Positions 47,129 to 57,257 of a DNA stretch of 61,221 nt are shown piece by piece. Made by a program: the position numbers and the translations under genes. Below the pieces are notes generated by a model. The model saw nothing but the letters and a program-made list of their open reading frames with translations, did no database searches and was not told where the DNA came from. The stretch is taken from positions 1 to 61,221 of IMG/VR virus record IMGVR_UViG_3300033143_005346; one strand, 5' to 3'. This stretch comes from a virus (taxonomy: Duplodnaviria; Caudoviricetes). The stretch's first letter is position 1, and each line of letters begins with the position of its first letter.

Positions 47129-47562
47129 TATGCAGGACCTCCATCTATGTTTTGCTCTGGTGTATAAATAGAATCGGCACGCCCACCGTCAACATTTTGA
47201 TCTCCGCTAACGCCAAGCGATCCAATGGTAACACGCTTTTTAGCATTAGACGCCGCAGAATCTTCTATCAATATCAAATCAGCGGATATTGGAATAGATT
47301 TAAGAGCTACCGCTGAGATCTCGGCAGCCACATTGTCGTGAATGGCGTCAGAATCAGTACCGCTGCCCCCTCCACCAGAACCAAGAATGTTTACGGTAAT
47401 GGCCTCGTCTAACAGATCCTCAATTGTCACATGCCGACATAATGGGTTCCCAATCCGACCAGCCCAAATATCAAGAGTCTCTTTAACTGGAGACAATATA
47501 CGCTGAAGATTCTGTTCAATACCTGAAGGAAACGGTATCTCTGGTATTTTACAATCTGCCAT
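47128..47562 (-). CDS. Tail-associated protein
   Basis: 144 aa; coupled to the adaptor and fibre genes; ADLILIEDS...KKRVTI fibre-like motif. Confidence 0.65.
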   Translation of the reverse strand: MADCKIPEIPFPSGIEQNLQRILSPVKETLDIWAGRIGNPLCRHVTIEDLLDEAITVNILGSGGGGSGTDSDAIHDNVAAEISAVALKSIPISADLILIEDSAASNAKKRVTIGSLGVSGDQNVDGGRADSIYTPEQNIDGGPA

Positions 47563-48266
47563 TAAGAGCCACTCCCCGCACTACGAAAATCTGGTTGAAA
47601 ATAATATGATGCCTGGTGATCGGTATAGCCGGATGTCTTTTTATCCGTGGCATCTTCCATATACATTTCCCACTTGCCCCAGTAAAACAAAGCCCCCTTA
47701 AGATCGTTCCAGGGCACCCCTGGCATCTCAAGCATGAAAGCCATTGTACAATTTTCAATTGCCAGTCGATAATCGTCATAGATAAACTGCTCAATCAGAT
47801 CAGAAGATCTCAACGGCATTAATGTCAACCACATATCCAAACCATCAACAATGGCCTGGGTGGGTTTATAAACTAACTGCAATTGTCTCCTGGGATCCAT
47901 TATAAAGCGCCTGGGCCTCGACTCTACCCTCTGCCTCCATCCACGCTCGTTCTCGTCTAAATATCGCTCTGAGGTGGTTTCAAGGTCAATTTGAGACAAC
48001 TCTATGTGTTCCAGCGTAACAACGTCAGCTATGGTATTGATCTGGGTGCTGGTGCCTTCCAAAACGATAGCATCATCGGTCAGATCGTAAAGGGCCTGAT
48101 CGGCCACCACAGAAACCGGATCGATCTGTTCGCGCCACAGCAAACTTTCCCAGCAGAATTTGCGGCACGCTTCTATGATCCAGGATCGGATAATTGCAGT
48201 CGGTGCAAGATTAAAAGCTGGGGCGATGTTTGGCATGAACTCCAGCGGATCGATAGTAAGTGCCAT
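47562..48266 (-). CDS. Head-tail adaptor protein
   Basis: ACRKFCWESLLWRE, MPGVPWND pattern; position after the capsid genes. Confidence 0.7.
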   Translation of the reverse strand: MALTIDPLEFMPNIAPAFNLAPTAIIRSWIIEACRKFCWESLLWREQIDPVSVVADQALYDLTDDAIVLEGTSTQINTIADVVTLEHIELSQIDLETTSERYLDENERGWRQRVESRPRRFIMDPRRQLQLVYKPTQAIVDGLDMWLTLMPLRSSDLIEQFIYDDYRLAIENCTMAFMLEMPGVPWNDLKGALFYWGKWEMYMEDATDKKTSGYTDHQASYYFQPDFRSAGSGS

Positions 48267-48276
48267 AATTACTCCT

Positions 48277-49116
48277 TTAAACCAAAGTGATACTTCTGAC
48301 CTGCATATTGGTCACGGTTGCGTTGGCCTGAAGCTCGTCCACGCCCAGGCTGAAAAAACCTGGAGAAAACAAATAATCGTAATAACGATAGCCCCACGAC
48401 CAGTCAGCCGTAGACTGCTGCAGGACAGTTGTGTAAGTTCCGTCTGTATAAAGGGTTAGCGTGAATTGACTGTTGTCAAAGGTCAGCTCGATAAAAAGAT
48501 CCGTACCAATAGCCAGACCGGTGATCTGGCTCTGGATCGTTCCTCCAGCGTAAAGGCTTAAGTCAATATCGGGGGTATCGTTGATGCTGGCCTGAAGATA
48601 AATGGCCGGTGCAGATTGGTTTGCCACTTCATCGGTCAACCGAAAGAGCTCCATTAAACCAGAAAGGGCTCCTCCGGCATGGGTGGCATTTAGAGTGCTC
48701 CGGAAACCAAAGCGGTCGGTAAAAAAGTCTTTTCCAAAATTTTTAAAAACTCTGGCATCAGCGTTTTGATTTAGGGCAAGATCTACCTGGTTGGCAGCTA
48801 CTGTCAGGCGACCGTTTGGATCAGTCTCAACGTAGGTGGTCCAGTCCTGAACAGTCCAGACCTCGTTGGACAACGTGTCAAAATCATCTATTGGCCGTGG
48901 GCGACCATCGTCTACCCACTGACGGTCCAGACGGTATGGTGGTGTAATATCCTGTGGATGACGCGGCTCCCAGCAGTCAGATGTTCCAGGACCGCTGCAA
49001 GTCAACCATCCCTGCCATTCCTTAAAGCATTGAGACCGATAATACTTGAATCCGCATCGGTCGCAGATAACCAAATGGTCGCCAGGATAATACGCCTTTT
49101 GCGTATGTCGGGTCAC
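48277..49116 (-). CDS. Conserved virion-associated protein with N-terminal zinc motif and C-terminal beta domain
   Basis: ICDRCGFKY...W.G..TC...CWEPRHPQD N-terminus. Confidence 0.65.
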   Translation of the reverse strand: MTRHTQKAYYPGDHLVICDRCGFKYYRSQCFKEWQGWLTCSGPGTSDCWEPRHPQDITPPYRLDRQWVDDGRPRPIDDFDTLSNEVWTVQDWTTYVETDPNGRLTVAANQVDLALNQNADARVFKNFGKDFFTDRFGFRSTLNATHAGGALSGLMELFRLTDEVANQSAPAIYLQASINDTPDIDLSLYAGGTIQSQITGLAIGTDLFIELTFDNSQFTLTLYTDGTYTTVLQQSTADWSWGYRYYDYLFSPGFFSLGVDELQANATVTNMQVRSITLV

Positions 49117-49132
49117 GGCTTACCCCCATTGG

Positions 49133-49738
49133 TTATGCGGCCTTTTGGTCGCTATGCGAAAATATCGGCGCACCACTGGTAAAGGCGGTTACGTCATACT
49201 TAAACGCTGTAATACCACCATCATAGTACAGTCCGGTTACACCGGTCTTGTCTGTCTGGTCGGCCTCGGCCACCCAAACTGGTGTTTCCCCAGCCAGGAT
49301 CTTCTGGTTTGACCAGAATACTGTATAGGTGGCAGCAAAAGTACCACTGACCATTATCCGATTACCGTGGCAGTATGGGTCTACAGGATATATAAAACTC
49401 GCTATACCGTTAATGCCAGCCTCAACGCTGTTTGCACCCGTACCTGCGTCTCCGTAGATAGATGTAACCGAAGCGTAATACAGCGTGGACACTTCAGTGC
49501 TACCACTTACACCCGTGATATCCTCTGTCTGAACCTCACCGTTCTGGCCCAAGCCAACAATGGTGAATACAATCGTTGCAATATTGGCAGCGGATGTAAG
49601 CGTAACCTTTTGCGGCGTGAATTTTCCATCTGCCACAGACTCCAGCGTAAGATAACCAGCAGCTGCCAGCTGTTGTGACAATGCTATATAATTAGTATCA
49701 TCGGCAAGCGTGTCGAAGTTTATTTGTTTCGGACGCAT
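49133..49738 (-). CDS. Putative structural protein
   Basis: 201 aa; KVTLTS...FTIVG....EDITG...Y.SVTSI pattern; GGAG RBS. Confidence 0.65.
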   Translation of the reverse strand: MRPKQINFDTLADDTNYIALSQQLAAAGYLTLESVADGKFTPQKVTLTSAANIATIVFTIVGLGQNGEVQTEDITGVSGSTEVSTLYYASVTSIYGDAGTGANSVEAGINGIASFIYPVDPYCHGNRIMVSGTFAATYTVFWSNQKILAGETPVWVAEADQTDKTGVTGLYYDGGITAFKYDVTAFTSGAPIFSHSDQKAA

Positions 49739-49776
49739 GAGTGTTCTCCGTTTTTAAAAACAGTTATGGTGTGATC

Positions 49777-49841
49777 GCCCAGGACGGGCAAGGAGCGCCT
49801 TAAACCTATCCTGGGCAAGGGGCCAACGTAAGCCAGCCCCT
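49777..49841 (-). other. Two stem-loops directly downstream of the capsid gene (mRNA stabiliser/attenuator-like)
   Basis: Minus-strand GGGGCUGGC-UUAC-GUUGGCCCC (with G-U pairs) and GCCCAGGA...UCCUGGGC. Confidence 0.55.
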
Positions 49842-49861
49842 ATTTCAGTCACAGGCGGTTT

Positions 49862-50770
49862 TTAAGCGCCAGCAGATCCGTAAATACCACGTTTGTCGGA
49901 AGCGCCCCAGGAAGCCCTGAATGTAGATTTAAAACGGGCGTTCTCGGTGTCAAAATCATTGTCAGTATCAAATTCGTCGCCACGACGGTTAAAATATTTC
50001 AGTCCGTCTGGGCAATCTGTCTTGATATACCAGCTGTCCTGGTCAGTCAGATAATGATTAATAACAACCTCTGGGATCATCCCCAACGCGCGAATCGCGT
50101 TAAGGTCATTGTTTGCCGTTCCTACGCGCAGTTCGGATTTCAGGATCCTGGTGGACTCAAAAGTATTGTCCACAGCCACAATCAGCTTCATTGGCCGTAC
50201 AGCAATCCTGAGACCGCGATCATTGGTAAAATTGGCAATATCAATGCACGCTTGCTCAAGCGCAGCTTCGGATAAATCAGACGGTGTTGCCAGCTCGTTC
50301 GACCAGACACCTCCCGTTACATTGGGATGTGCGGTGGAAAGCATCTCTACACCATCACCGAAAACATAATCAGAGTCAAAGGCACGATTGAGGATATTCG
50401 CACCCAGTATTTCCTTGGTTTGGCGGATTGAAAACGCCAAAGCTCTGGCTCTTTTCAATGCCACGGTCCCTGCGATCCCATCTTCCCACATCTCCCGCGT
50501 GATGATGAAACCTAAACTGTAGGTCCCATGAATGTATCTATCGATAAAGCCCTGACGAGCATCGTCGTAAGTGATGCCGCGCCCTTCAGGCTTCTCTTGA
50601 GCCAGGCCAAAAGACGAGATTCCTACGTCTTCCTCAAAGGCCAATTGAGATTGCTCCTCGTCGAATATCTCGGTAAATTCCATTGGATATTCAGCGTAAG
50701 CAAGCCCGTACCATTTGTTAACGCCAGGCCATAGGTCCTTGGCGAATGATCCAGTTGTAATAACAGGCAT
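49862..50770 (-). CDS. Major capsid protein
   Basis: 302 aa; FAKDL.PG, S..AFEE....FGLA..K.EG, Y.LGF.IT.E..ED, L.STAHP, NHYLTD.D.W, DFDT.N, D.RGIYGS.GA motifs. Confidence 0.9.
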   Translation of the reverse strand: MPVITTGSFAKDLWPGVNKWYGLAYAEYPMEFTEIFDEEQSQLAFEEDVGISSFGLAQEKPEGRGITYDDARQGFIDRYIHGTYSLGFIITREMWEDGIAGTVALKRARALAFSIRQTKEILGANILNRAFDSDYVFGDGVEMLSTAHPNVTGGVWSNELATPSDLSEAALEQACIDIANFTNDRGLRIAVRPMKLIVAVDNTFESTRILKSELRVGTANNDLNAIRALGMIPEVVINHYLTDQDSWYIKTDCPDGLKYFNRRGDEFDTDNDFDTENARFKSTFRASWGASDKRGIYGSAGA

Positions 50771-50798
50771 TTTGTGCCTCCTTTATCAGTTCGCCAGG

Positions 50799-51392
50799 TT
50801 AAACCCCAAGCTCCTGGTTAAATGCGTGCTCGTTAATCATTACCCACCACTTGGCATGTTCGCCCAGCGCATTATCAATACCTGGAGCCAGGCGTAAGAT
50901 TCTGAGCTGCTCAGTGGCGGCTGTCTCTCCGGTGTTTTCCAACTCTACACCGGAAAGTCCCGTGTCAGTATTACCGCTACCAACTGCAATCGGAACATTG
51001 TTTCCGACTTCATCAGCGGTAAGTGCCGTTCCTCCGGAGACTTCCTGGATCTCAAAAATCAGATCCATATCATCCGCCACGAAAACATACATGTCTTCAT
51101 TGGCAAGACGGTAGCGTTTTTCAAGGTTGTCAACGATGGCTGCGATCTCAGGTGTGAGACCAAAGCCCATGACAACGCCAACGATCAGGTTGGTTGTACC
51201 GGTCACTGCTTGTTCTACAGTGGGGTACTTACCTGACACATCAGCTGATCCTGCAAGAGTCACAGGATCACCAATAAACATTGCTACTGAATCGGTCGAT
51301 GGCACAAAGTAAGCGTTTATTTCGCCATTATAGGGATTTCCGTTCATATGCTTGACCGGACGTAGCCCTCTTGGACGATCAACATTAGCCAT
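50799..51392 (-). CDS. Capsid decoration/cement-like protein
   Basis: MANVD.P.GLRPV...IGDPV...V.DD..L.FEIQ pattern immediately upstream of the capsid gene. Confidence 0.7.
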   Translation of the reverse strand: MANVDRPRGLRPVKHMNGNPYNGEINAYFVPSTDSVAMFIGDPVTLAGSADVSGKYPTVEQAVTGTTNLIVGVVMGFGLTPEIAAIVDNLEKRYRLANEDMYVFVADDMDLIFEIQEVSGGTALTADEVGNNVPIAVGSGNTDTGLSGVELENTGETAATEQLRILRLAPGIDNALGEHAKWWVMINEHAFNQELGV

Positions 51393-51440
51393 AATTTTTA
51401 CCTCCTACTTAACGACCAGCCACAGCAGCATCAAACTTCT

Positions 51441-52082
51441 TCAAAAATGTCCCTGATCCATGTCTACATCCGCCACATCTTGCGGCGGTGGGGTCATAGC
51501 TGATTCGGCTTTAACACTCCCGTAGAGGCCGTCTTTTTTAGGTCTACGTTTAATTTGCGCTTCCATTTCGTCCAGGCGACGTGCTTTTCTCGCCTGATCT
51601 TCATTGAACCAGTCTTCCCGTATCTCCATTAAAACAGCCTGTTGACCACCGCCAACTTCCTCCACAACCGCAGACCCAAGGGGTGTCGGTCCCGCCGTTC
51701 GGTTTCCAGTCTTCACCACCCCAGGATTATCGGGGTCGTAAGTTTGGTCCGTAACCAGCTGATATCCGGCATCCTCAAACATCTGGATCCTGCCTGGCTG
51801 CATGTTCACAAACCTGCGTTTATAGCCTGGCCGTCTCGGCGCTGTTAGCCGATTCCTTTGTCCTACAGGGATTCTTTCTTTCCGGCGCGCTCCAGAGTCA
51901 ATACGCTCAAGGGCATAGCCCTCAACCGGCTTTCCGTCGTCCTGCACCGTCCAGGGAATCCTCTGATAATCTTTACCTTGCTTGGCCATGGCAGCAACCC
52001 GCAGGTCCGCTGCTCTTGCTGTGGCAAATGGTAAGCCATTTGTACGAAGCACTATTTTATGTTCTTGGTTTTCTTGGTCCAC
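51441..52082 (-). CDS. Conserved head-module hypothetical protein
   Basis: RPGYKRRFVN..GRI.....GY...LMEI..DW..EDQ; GTG start with GAGGA RBS. Confidence 0.7.
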   Translation of the reverse strand: MDQENQEHKIVLRTNGLPFATARAADLRVAAMAKQGKDYQRIPWTVQDDGKPVEGYALERIDSGARRKERIPVGQRNRLTAPRRPGYKRRFVNMQPGRIQMFEDAGYQLVTDQTYDPDNPGVVKTGNRTAGPTPLGSAVVEEVGGGQQAVLMEIREDWFNEDQARKARRLDEMEAQIKRRPKKDGLYGSVKAESAMTPPPQDVADVDMDQGHF

Positions 52083-52112
52083 AATTCCTCCTTGCCGTCT
52101 TTACGGCTGCCT

Positions 52113-53021
52113 TTATCCTTTAAGATTGCCTATTTTAACCTGTTCGTCTACATACTCCTGCGCGCTCATTACCTTTTGTTTTTCGTAGAACTTGGCCCAT
52201 TTTTGCTGATCGGGCGACAGGTCGTTAATGGTAAATTTTTGTTTGGCTCCAGGGCCAGTCTGCCGTGTCTGTCCACCCACCACAGCCTGCTGCTGGGCAA
52301 CAGTCTGCTTTTGCCCTGGTAAAACTTGCCCCTTAAATGCTTCAGGATACATCGTCATGGCCGCTTCAGACAGTTTTTCAAAATAAACATCGTCCGGCAA
52401 GCCCCTGAAGCGTTCACTCTGGGTATCTATAAAATTTGTCATTTCCACGTTTTTGCCATACCATGCGTTTTCAGTCATCCATTGTGAGGATTTTGCCTTA
52501 AAATCTTCTGTACCTACCTGTTGCTGAGCTTGCTGCTGGACAACCGGCTCGTCCATGTCTTTTTTAGAATTTTGCAAATTTTCAATTTGGCCATCGACTT
52601 CTTTGACTTTCCCCTTGTCAGAGTTTTCGATATGCACGTCTCGTTTTTCTTTAAGATTTGCAATTTCATTGTCGATTCTGGTTTTTTCTACTTTAGCAAC
52701 TTTGGTATAGGTGGTTTTTAAATTCTGCATACCAGCTACCAATTCCTCATTGGTAGCCTTCAGCGAGTTAAGCGTCTTTACAGTGGTATCTTGAATCTGT
52801 TTTGAATCTATGATATACTGATCAGCGCTTTTAAACGGTCTGCCGGAGTTTTCGTCATGCTCCGGATTCCAGCCCATCTTCATAGCCAGAACCTCGACCT
52901 CTCCATATTGTTTCTCGCCATCCCCTGCCTCTTTTTGCACTCCAGTACCGGCTCCGACCGGTACCCTGTTGCCGGTAGTAACTTTAACCTCCGGCACTGC
53001 TTCTCCTTGTAATCCATCCAT
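52113..53021 (-). CDS. Capsid scaffolding protein
   Basis: A..MGW.P, coiled coil, W...N.WY, C-terminal L.P.Q...A......EYV pattern; between portal and capsid genes. Confidence 0.7.
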   Translation of the reverse strand: MDGLQGEAVPEVKVTTGNRVPVGAGTGVQKEAGDGEKQYGEVEVLAMKMGWNPEHDENSGRPFKSADQYIIDSKQIQDTTVKTLNSLKATNEELVAGMQNLKTTYTKVAKVEKTRIDNEIANLKEKRDVHIENSDKGKVKEVDGQIENLQNSKKDMDEPVVQQQAQQQVGTEDFKAKSSQWMTENAWYGKNVEMTNFIDTQSERFRGLPDDVYFEKLSEAAMTMYPEAFKGQVLPGQKQTVAQQQAVVGGQTRQTGPGAKQKFTINDLSPDQQKWAKFYEKQKVMSAQEYVDEQVKIGNLKG

Positions 53022-53033
53022 AATTCCTCTCCT

Positions 53034-53384
53034 TTATTGTTTAAAGACAAGATCAACGGCTGGCGGTTCTTCCAGCATTTTGCCCACTACATCTTGGTCC
53101 TGGAGAAGTTGAAAAGTCTTCTTCCCCCACTTAAACTGGGTGCCGCCGTACCTGGCGTAAATAACCCTGTCGCCTACCTGTGCCGGTGTCTCTTTACCGT
53201 CTCCGTTATTCCAGCAAATTTCAGCTCTGGGGCCAATGGCCGCCAATGTACCCTGGGTGACAGCGTTCTGTTCCTGCTGTCGTGTACCTGGTGGCACGAT
53301 AATAATCCCACCAGCCGTCTTTTCGTCGATCTTGTCGGGTACAATCACAATTTTGGTTCCTTCCGGATCAATCGGACAATCCAT
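53034..53384 (-). CDS. groES: Co-chaperonin GroES (Cpn10) homologue
   Basis: P.G.KIVI.P...EKTAGGIII...G.L.AIGP...VGDRVIYARYGG...L...DVV; start moved to ATG 53384 after AAGGAGG. Confidence 0.85.
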   Translation of the reverse strand: MDCPIDPEGTKIVIVPDKIDEKTAGGIIIVPPGTRQQEQNAVTQGTLAAIGPRAEICWNNGDGKETPAQVGDRVIYARYGGTQFKWGKKTFQLLQDQDVVGKMLEEPPAVDLVFKQ

Positions 53385-53634
53385 AAGTCGTCCCTCCTTC
53401 ATCCTCATATTCAACATTTAACACTAAATCGATCCCCTTAATCATGCCGACTATTTCGGCTGTCTTTTCAGTCGTGGCTCCAGCGTCACCCAAAAGAGAT
53501 TTGCCGGTACTAAGCGCTGTTTGCAACACGCGCTTTTCTTCCCGAAGTCCTTTAAGAATCGCTCTTGTGATCGGCAGCGTTTTCCACAAACCGAAACTTT
53601 CCTTAGATACTTCCTCCTGGTTGGACTGCTGCAC
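53368..53634 (-). CDS. Hypothetical protein downstream of portal
   Basis: AAGGAGG then GTG 53634; F..WK..P.T...L...G.I.G pattern. Confidence 0.6.
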   Translation of the reverse strand: MQQSNQEEVSKESFGLWKTLPITRAILKGLREEKRVLQTALSTGKSLLGDAGATTEKTAEIVGMIKGIDLVLNVEYEDEGGTTYGLSD

Positions 53635-55777
53635 CTGCTCCTCCTTGTGGCGGCATAGCTCCTGGTGGTTGCCCTTCTCCTGCACCTGGCTGCTCACCAC
53701 CGCCCTGTTGCGCTTCTCTGCGCTGTTGATCCTCGTACTGTCTTTGCTTCAGATCTGCTTCCAGATCTACCCTTTTAGCATTAATCACAGCGGTCAAATG
53801 ACCGACCTGTGTTTTATATTCCTCTATCTGTGGCCCAATCTCTGCCGCTTCGGCCAGGGCCATAGCTTTAACTGCATCCGCCTGGAGCTTGACCATTTTA
53901 TAAAAGGTCTCGGCGTCTTTTATCATTACTTCGCGTTCTTCTAAGTCCAGCTTTCTTTCAGCCTGCTGGATCTTGGCCATCTCGAGAGACATGGTTTGCT
54001 GGTGTATAATCAACGGGATATTAGGTGGCGGGGTTTCCGGCACCAGCTCTTTCCAGTTGTCGATTTGTATGGCATCCAGATATCTCTCAAGGATTTTCTG
54101 ATCATCAAGCCCCTTCCCAACTACCTGCATCAGGGCTTCCGCTTTTATAATTTTTTGGGTATCGGAAACATCGGCTGTAGAACTTACCGGCCCGATATCC
54201 AGATCGGATGGATCATAATCAATCCTGGGATCAAACTCCCCTTCATCGTACATATCCAGAATCCGATTATATTCTTCGGGTGTGGTATAGAGCATGTTTA
54301 AGCGCTGGATTTTAATAAATTCACTCTTAAGCGCTCGATGAATCCTTTTATAAATTGAAGAAAAAACCTTAAGTCCCTGCTCGATTAATGCCAGAGTAGT
54401 GGTGGCTGGCACATTCGGCTGACGCTGCTCTCCCGACAAAACCTCTGCTTGCGATGCCAGATCCTTGGCGGCCTCTAACATCAGTCCTAATAGTTGAAAC
54501 AGCGTAGCCGATGGCTCTTTGGTGGGCAGGGGGAAAATGCTTTTTCGCAGGTCGTCTCCTGCGGATTTAATAAATTTCCATTCACCGGCTTTAAATTTAA
54601 CCGATCCGGATCCACCAGCTTTCGTCAGACGGATTCCGCGATTAATAAAACCAGATTGGCGGTTCTGCAGCGTACCAGAGTCCAGTAGCTGATTTATAAT
54701 TGAATTGACAGTTTCGTTGACCGGAGAAAGCAGAATCCCAAACCCGAGACCATAAAAATTAGCGTCAAAGTCCGGAAAGAAAAGATAACGGGTAAAATAC
54801 TGATCCGGCAAAATTTTAATGATTTCGTTGTTGGGGTTGCGAATAACAGATGTCGCCCTGAAGCGCGGAACAATCCGCATCACTTCTCTGGACGCCTTGT
54901 GGATTGTCACAATATAGGGCTCTTTATAGCCGTCACCGTCCAGGTCCAACCAGCGGTGCTGCTCTAAAAATACATAGGTAGCCTCAGTGTCTCTAACGTC
55001 GTCATTTTTGTTTTTCTTTTCTTCTTCAGAGGTGTCCGGCTGTTTATTCTCAATTCCGGCATCGCGCCATAAACCGGATCGGGTATGCTCCAAATAACTG
55101 TTTTTGGTCATCTCAATGACATGCGTGGCTCTTGCAGCCGTTTCCATGGACTTGGCCCAGTAATTAACCACCAGCTGCTCAGGATCTACATATTCTGACA
55201 CGGAAGTGTTGTCGATAAAGTTTCGATAGGTTTTTTTAAAGGCACAACCTAAAAGCGGCATGGCAATCAACAACTGATCCATCTCGTCTTCCCATCCGGT
55301 AGTTGCGGCTGACAGCTGCGCGTTCATGTGGGTCCTTACGCGTTCAGCCCGTTTTTTCTTTTCTCCGCTTTCGTCGGCACCATACACGTTAACCTTAACG
55401 TAATCTTCGCCCTTGACAATATTTCCATAGGCCCTGGACGAAAACTGGATACAAGCTGTGGATATTAACGGATATTTGATATTGGCACTTACTTCTCCAC
55501 CCCAGGTTTTCGCTGATCTCAGCTGACGCGCCAGCTTAAGAGCCTCTGTCATCCGCTTTTCCCAGTCTGATCTGGATTCTTTATCGATCTGATATTCATC
55601 TTTTACCGTGCGGCCAATTTCTAAAAGTTGGCTTTGGGTCAGCTCCTCGGCAACATTCTCCGCCATGAGCATCATATCCAGGATATCAACGCCTTCGTGT
55701 GAAGGCAGTTCGGCATCCTCTACCGGCACATCATCTGATGGAAGCTGGCTTGTGTCCGTTGGATTTCTACTTTGCAT
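53603..55777 (-). CDS. Portal protein
   Basis: 724 aa; D..SR.DW, NIKYPL...A.IQF..RA, EQHRWLDLDGDGY.EPYIVT, INQLLD.GT..N, PATTTLALIEQG.KVF..I.KR motifs; follows TerL. Confidence 0.9.
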   Translation of the reverse strand: MQSRNPTDTSQLPSDDVPVEDAELPSHEGVDILDMMLMAENVAEELTQSQLLEIGRTVKDEYQIDKESRSDWEKRMTEALKLARQLRSAKTWGGEVSANIKYPLISTACIQFSSRAYGNIVKGEDYVKVNVYGADESGEKKKRAERVRTHMNAQLSAATTGWEDEMDQLLIAMPLLGCAFKKTYRNFIDNTSVSEYVDPEQLVVNYWAKSMETAARATHVIEMTKNSYLEHTRSGLWRDAGIENKQPDTSEEEKKNKNDDVRDTEATYVFLEQHRWLDLDGDGYKEPYIVTIHKASREVMRIVPRFRATSVIRNPNNEIIKILPDQYFTRYLFFPDFDANFYGLGFGILLSPVNETVNSIINQLLDSGTLQNRQSGFINRGIRLTKAGGSGSVKFKAGEWKFIKSAGDDLRKSIFPLPTKEPSATLFQLLGLMLEAAKDLASQAEVLSGEQRQPNVPATTTLALIEQGLKVFSSIYKRIHRALKSEFIKIQRLNMLYTTPEEYNRILDMYDEGEFDPRIDYDPSDLDIGPVSSTADVSDTQKIIKAEALMQVVGKGLDDQKILERYLDAIQIDNWKELVPETPPPNIPLIIHQQTMSLEMAKIQQAERKLDLEEREVMIKDAETFYKMVKLQADAVKAMALAEAAEIGPQIEEYKTQVGHLTAVINAKRVDLEADLKQRQYEDQQRREAQQGGGEQPGAGEGQPPGAMPPQGGAGAAVQPGGSI

Positions 55778-55778
55778 A

Positions 55779-57257
55779 TTAATACCCCGTCGTTGGATTT
55801 ACCATATCGTTGTCCACTTCTTCTTCATCAACTTCATCTTCTGGCGGGACATATTCCGTGTCCAGGAGAAGTAGCCGGTATAGGTTTTCCATAAAATCGT
55901 CATCTTCTTTAACCGGCTTTCCGTCATCACCGTACATCCAGCCCTCAATTTCGTCAATCGTGCGAAGCATTGAGTTGAATATAAACAGGCTGGGCATTTT
56001 GTTTGGACCCAGCAGGTGGTCGTTCAGCTCGATAATCCCAGAATCTTTATCCTTTGTAGCAGTTTCCAGGATAATATCATAGGGAAAAAGTTTTGCTGCA
56101 ATTTTATCAAAGGTCGTATTCTCGTTATTTGCATCTCCCTTAGCCAGCGGATCACATATAATTCGATTAATCCGCAACACGCGCCTTTTCATAATTCGAA
56201 CAATCCAGTCTCCAATGTCGTGCCCACTGCCTGGATCCCAGATCTCATGGAATAAATACCTGAAATTTCTTTCATCGGTAGCCATAAATAAAAGAGCCTG
56301 GGGTTTGCGTGGGTGTGTATCGATTCCTATATCCACCAGCCAGTTGGTCGGAATCTTAAACGGCTCAACCACATTGCGCTGGCGACTATAGTTTTTGGCA
56401 ATCAAACCAGACATATAGCTTGGTATGCCTTTTAGCCGCGCTTCTTTTTCTTCCGCATTGAGTTTTGACTCATAGTCCGCAACACCCTGGGAAGTTAGCC
56501 CAAAACCCACATTGTCGTATATTTCGCCGTGGACATTAAAAACCGTTGGGTCAGGCCGCCCATCGTCCAGCTTTTTCTTAATAACCTCTTTGTCGATCCA
56601 TGCTTCCTTAAGCAACGTGGCACAAAATAGTTCACGCCCCTGGCGATCGATCAATCCACGGGCATTAGCCACTCGGATATTACGCTTGGGCGGTTCATCA
56701 TAGCAAAGGAGATCGCCTTCCCAGCCTTCGTGAAGTTCTACATCCTGCTTATTGCTCATTAATTCAAGGGTAGACCCGCTATCCAAATCCTCCCAGTAAG
56801 CCTCAATCCCGTGCTGGTTCTTTCTGATCTTGACGGGGATCCGATTGGGCCACCACTTCTTTAATGCCGGTACAACAACGCTTCGAATATGTTTTTCCCA
56901 GTCCTGACCTACATATCTGATCTTCCTGGGTAAATTGTGCATAAAAGGAAGTTTTAAATTATTCCAAGGCCAACGGCCCCTCATTGTCGCTATGATAATA
57001 ATTGCACCAATTGTCGTTTTTCCGATTCGATTCCCACCGGTAAACGTAAAAACCTTAAAGCGTGGATGACTCCAAGCCTCCAGCAGTTCTTCCTGGCGCG
57101 GGTTTGGCCTGGTGAAAAATTCGATCTCATTTTCTTTGCGATACCGAATCTGTCCCTGGAGCGCTAAAGCCTGGCGTGTCTTAGCTTTAGCAATCTTTTG
57201 CTCAATCCGCAGCTTTTTACGCTTTGACGGATCTATTTTTAAAGCAGGTTCACCCAT
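55779..57257 (-). CDS. terL: Terminase large subunit
   Basis: Walker A GGNRIGKT, Walker B LLCYDE, ATLL coupling motif, GIDTH RNase-H nuclease Asp, DDDFMENL. Confidence 0.92.
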   Translation of the reverse strand: MGEPALKIDPSKRKKLRIEQKIAKAKTRQALALQGQIRYRKENEIEFFTRPNPRQEELLEAWSHPRFKVFTFTGGNRIGKTTIGAIIIIATMRGRWPWNNLKLPFMHNLPRKIRYVGQDWEKHIRSVVVPALKKWWPNRIPVKIRKNQHGIEAYWEDLDSGSTLELMSNKQDVELHEGWEGDLLCYDEPPKRNIRVANARGLIDRQGRELFCATLLKEAWIDKEVIKKKLDDGRPDPTVFNVHGEIYDNVGFGLTSQGVADYESKLNAEEKEARLKGIPSYMSGLIAKNYSRQRNVVEPFKIPTNWLVDIGIDTHPRKPQALLFMATDERNFRYLFHEIWDPGSGHDIGDWIVRIMKRRVLRINRIICDPLAKGDANNENTTFDKIAAKLFPYDIILETATKDKDSGIIELNDHLLGPNKMPSLFIFNSMLRTIDEIEGWMYGDDGKPVKEDDDFMENLYRLLLLDTEYVPPEDEVDEEEVDNDMVNPTTGY

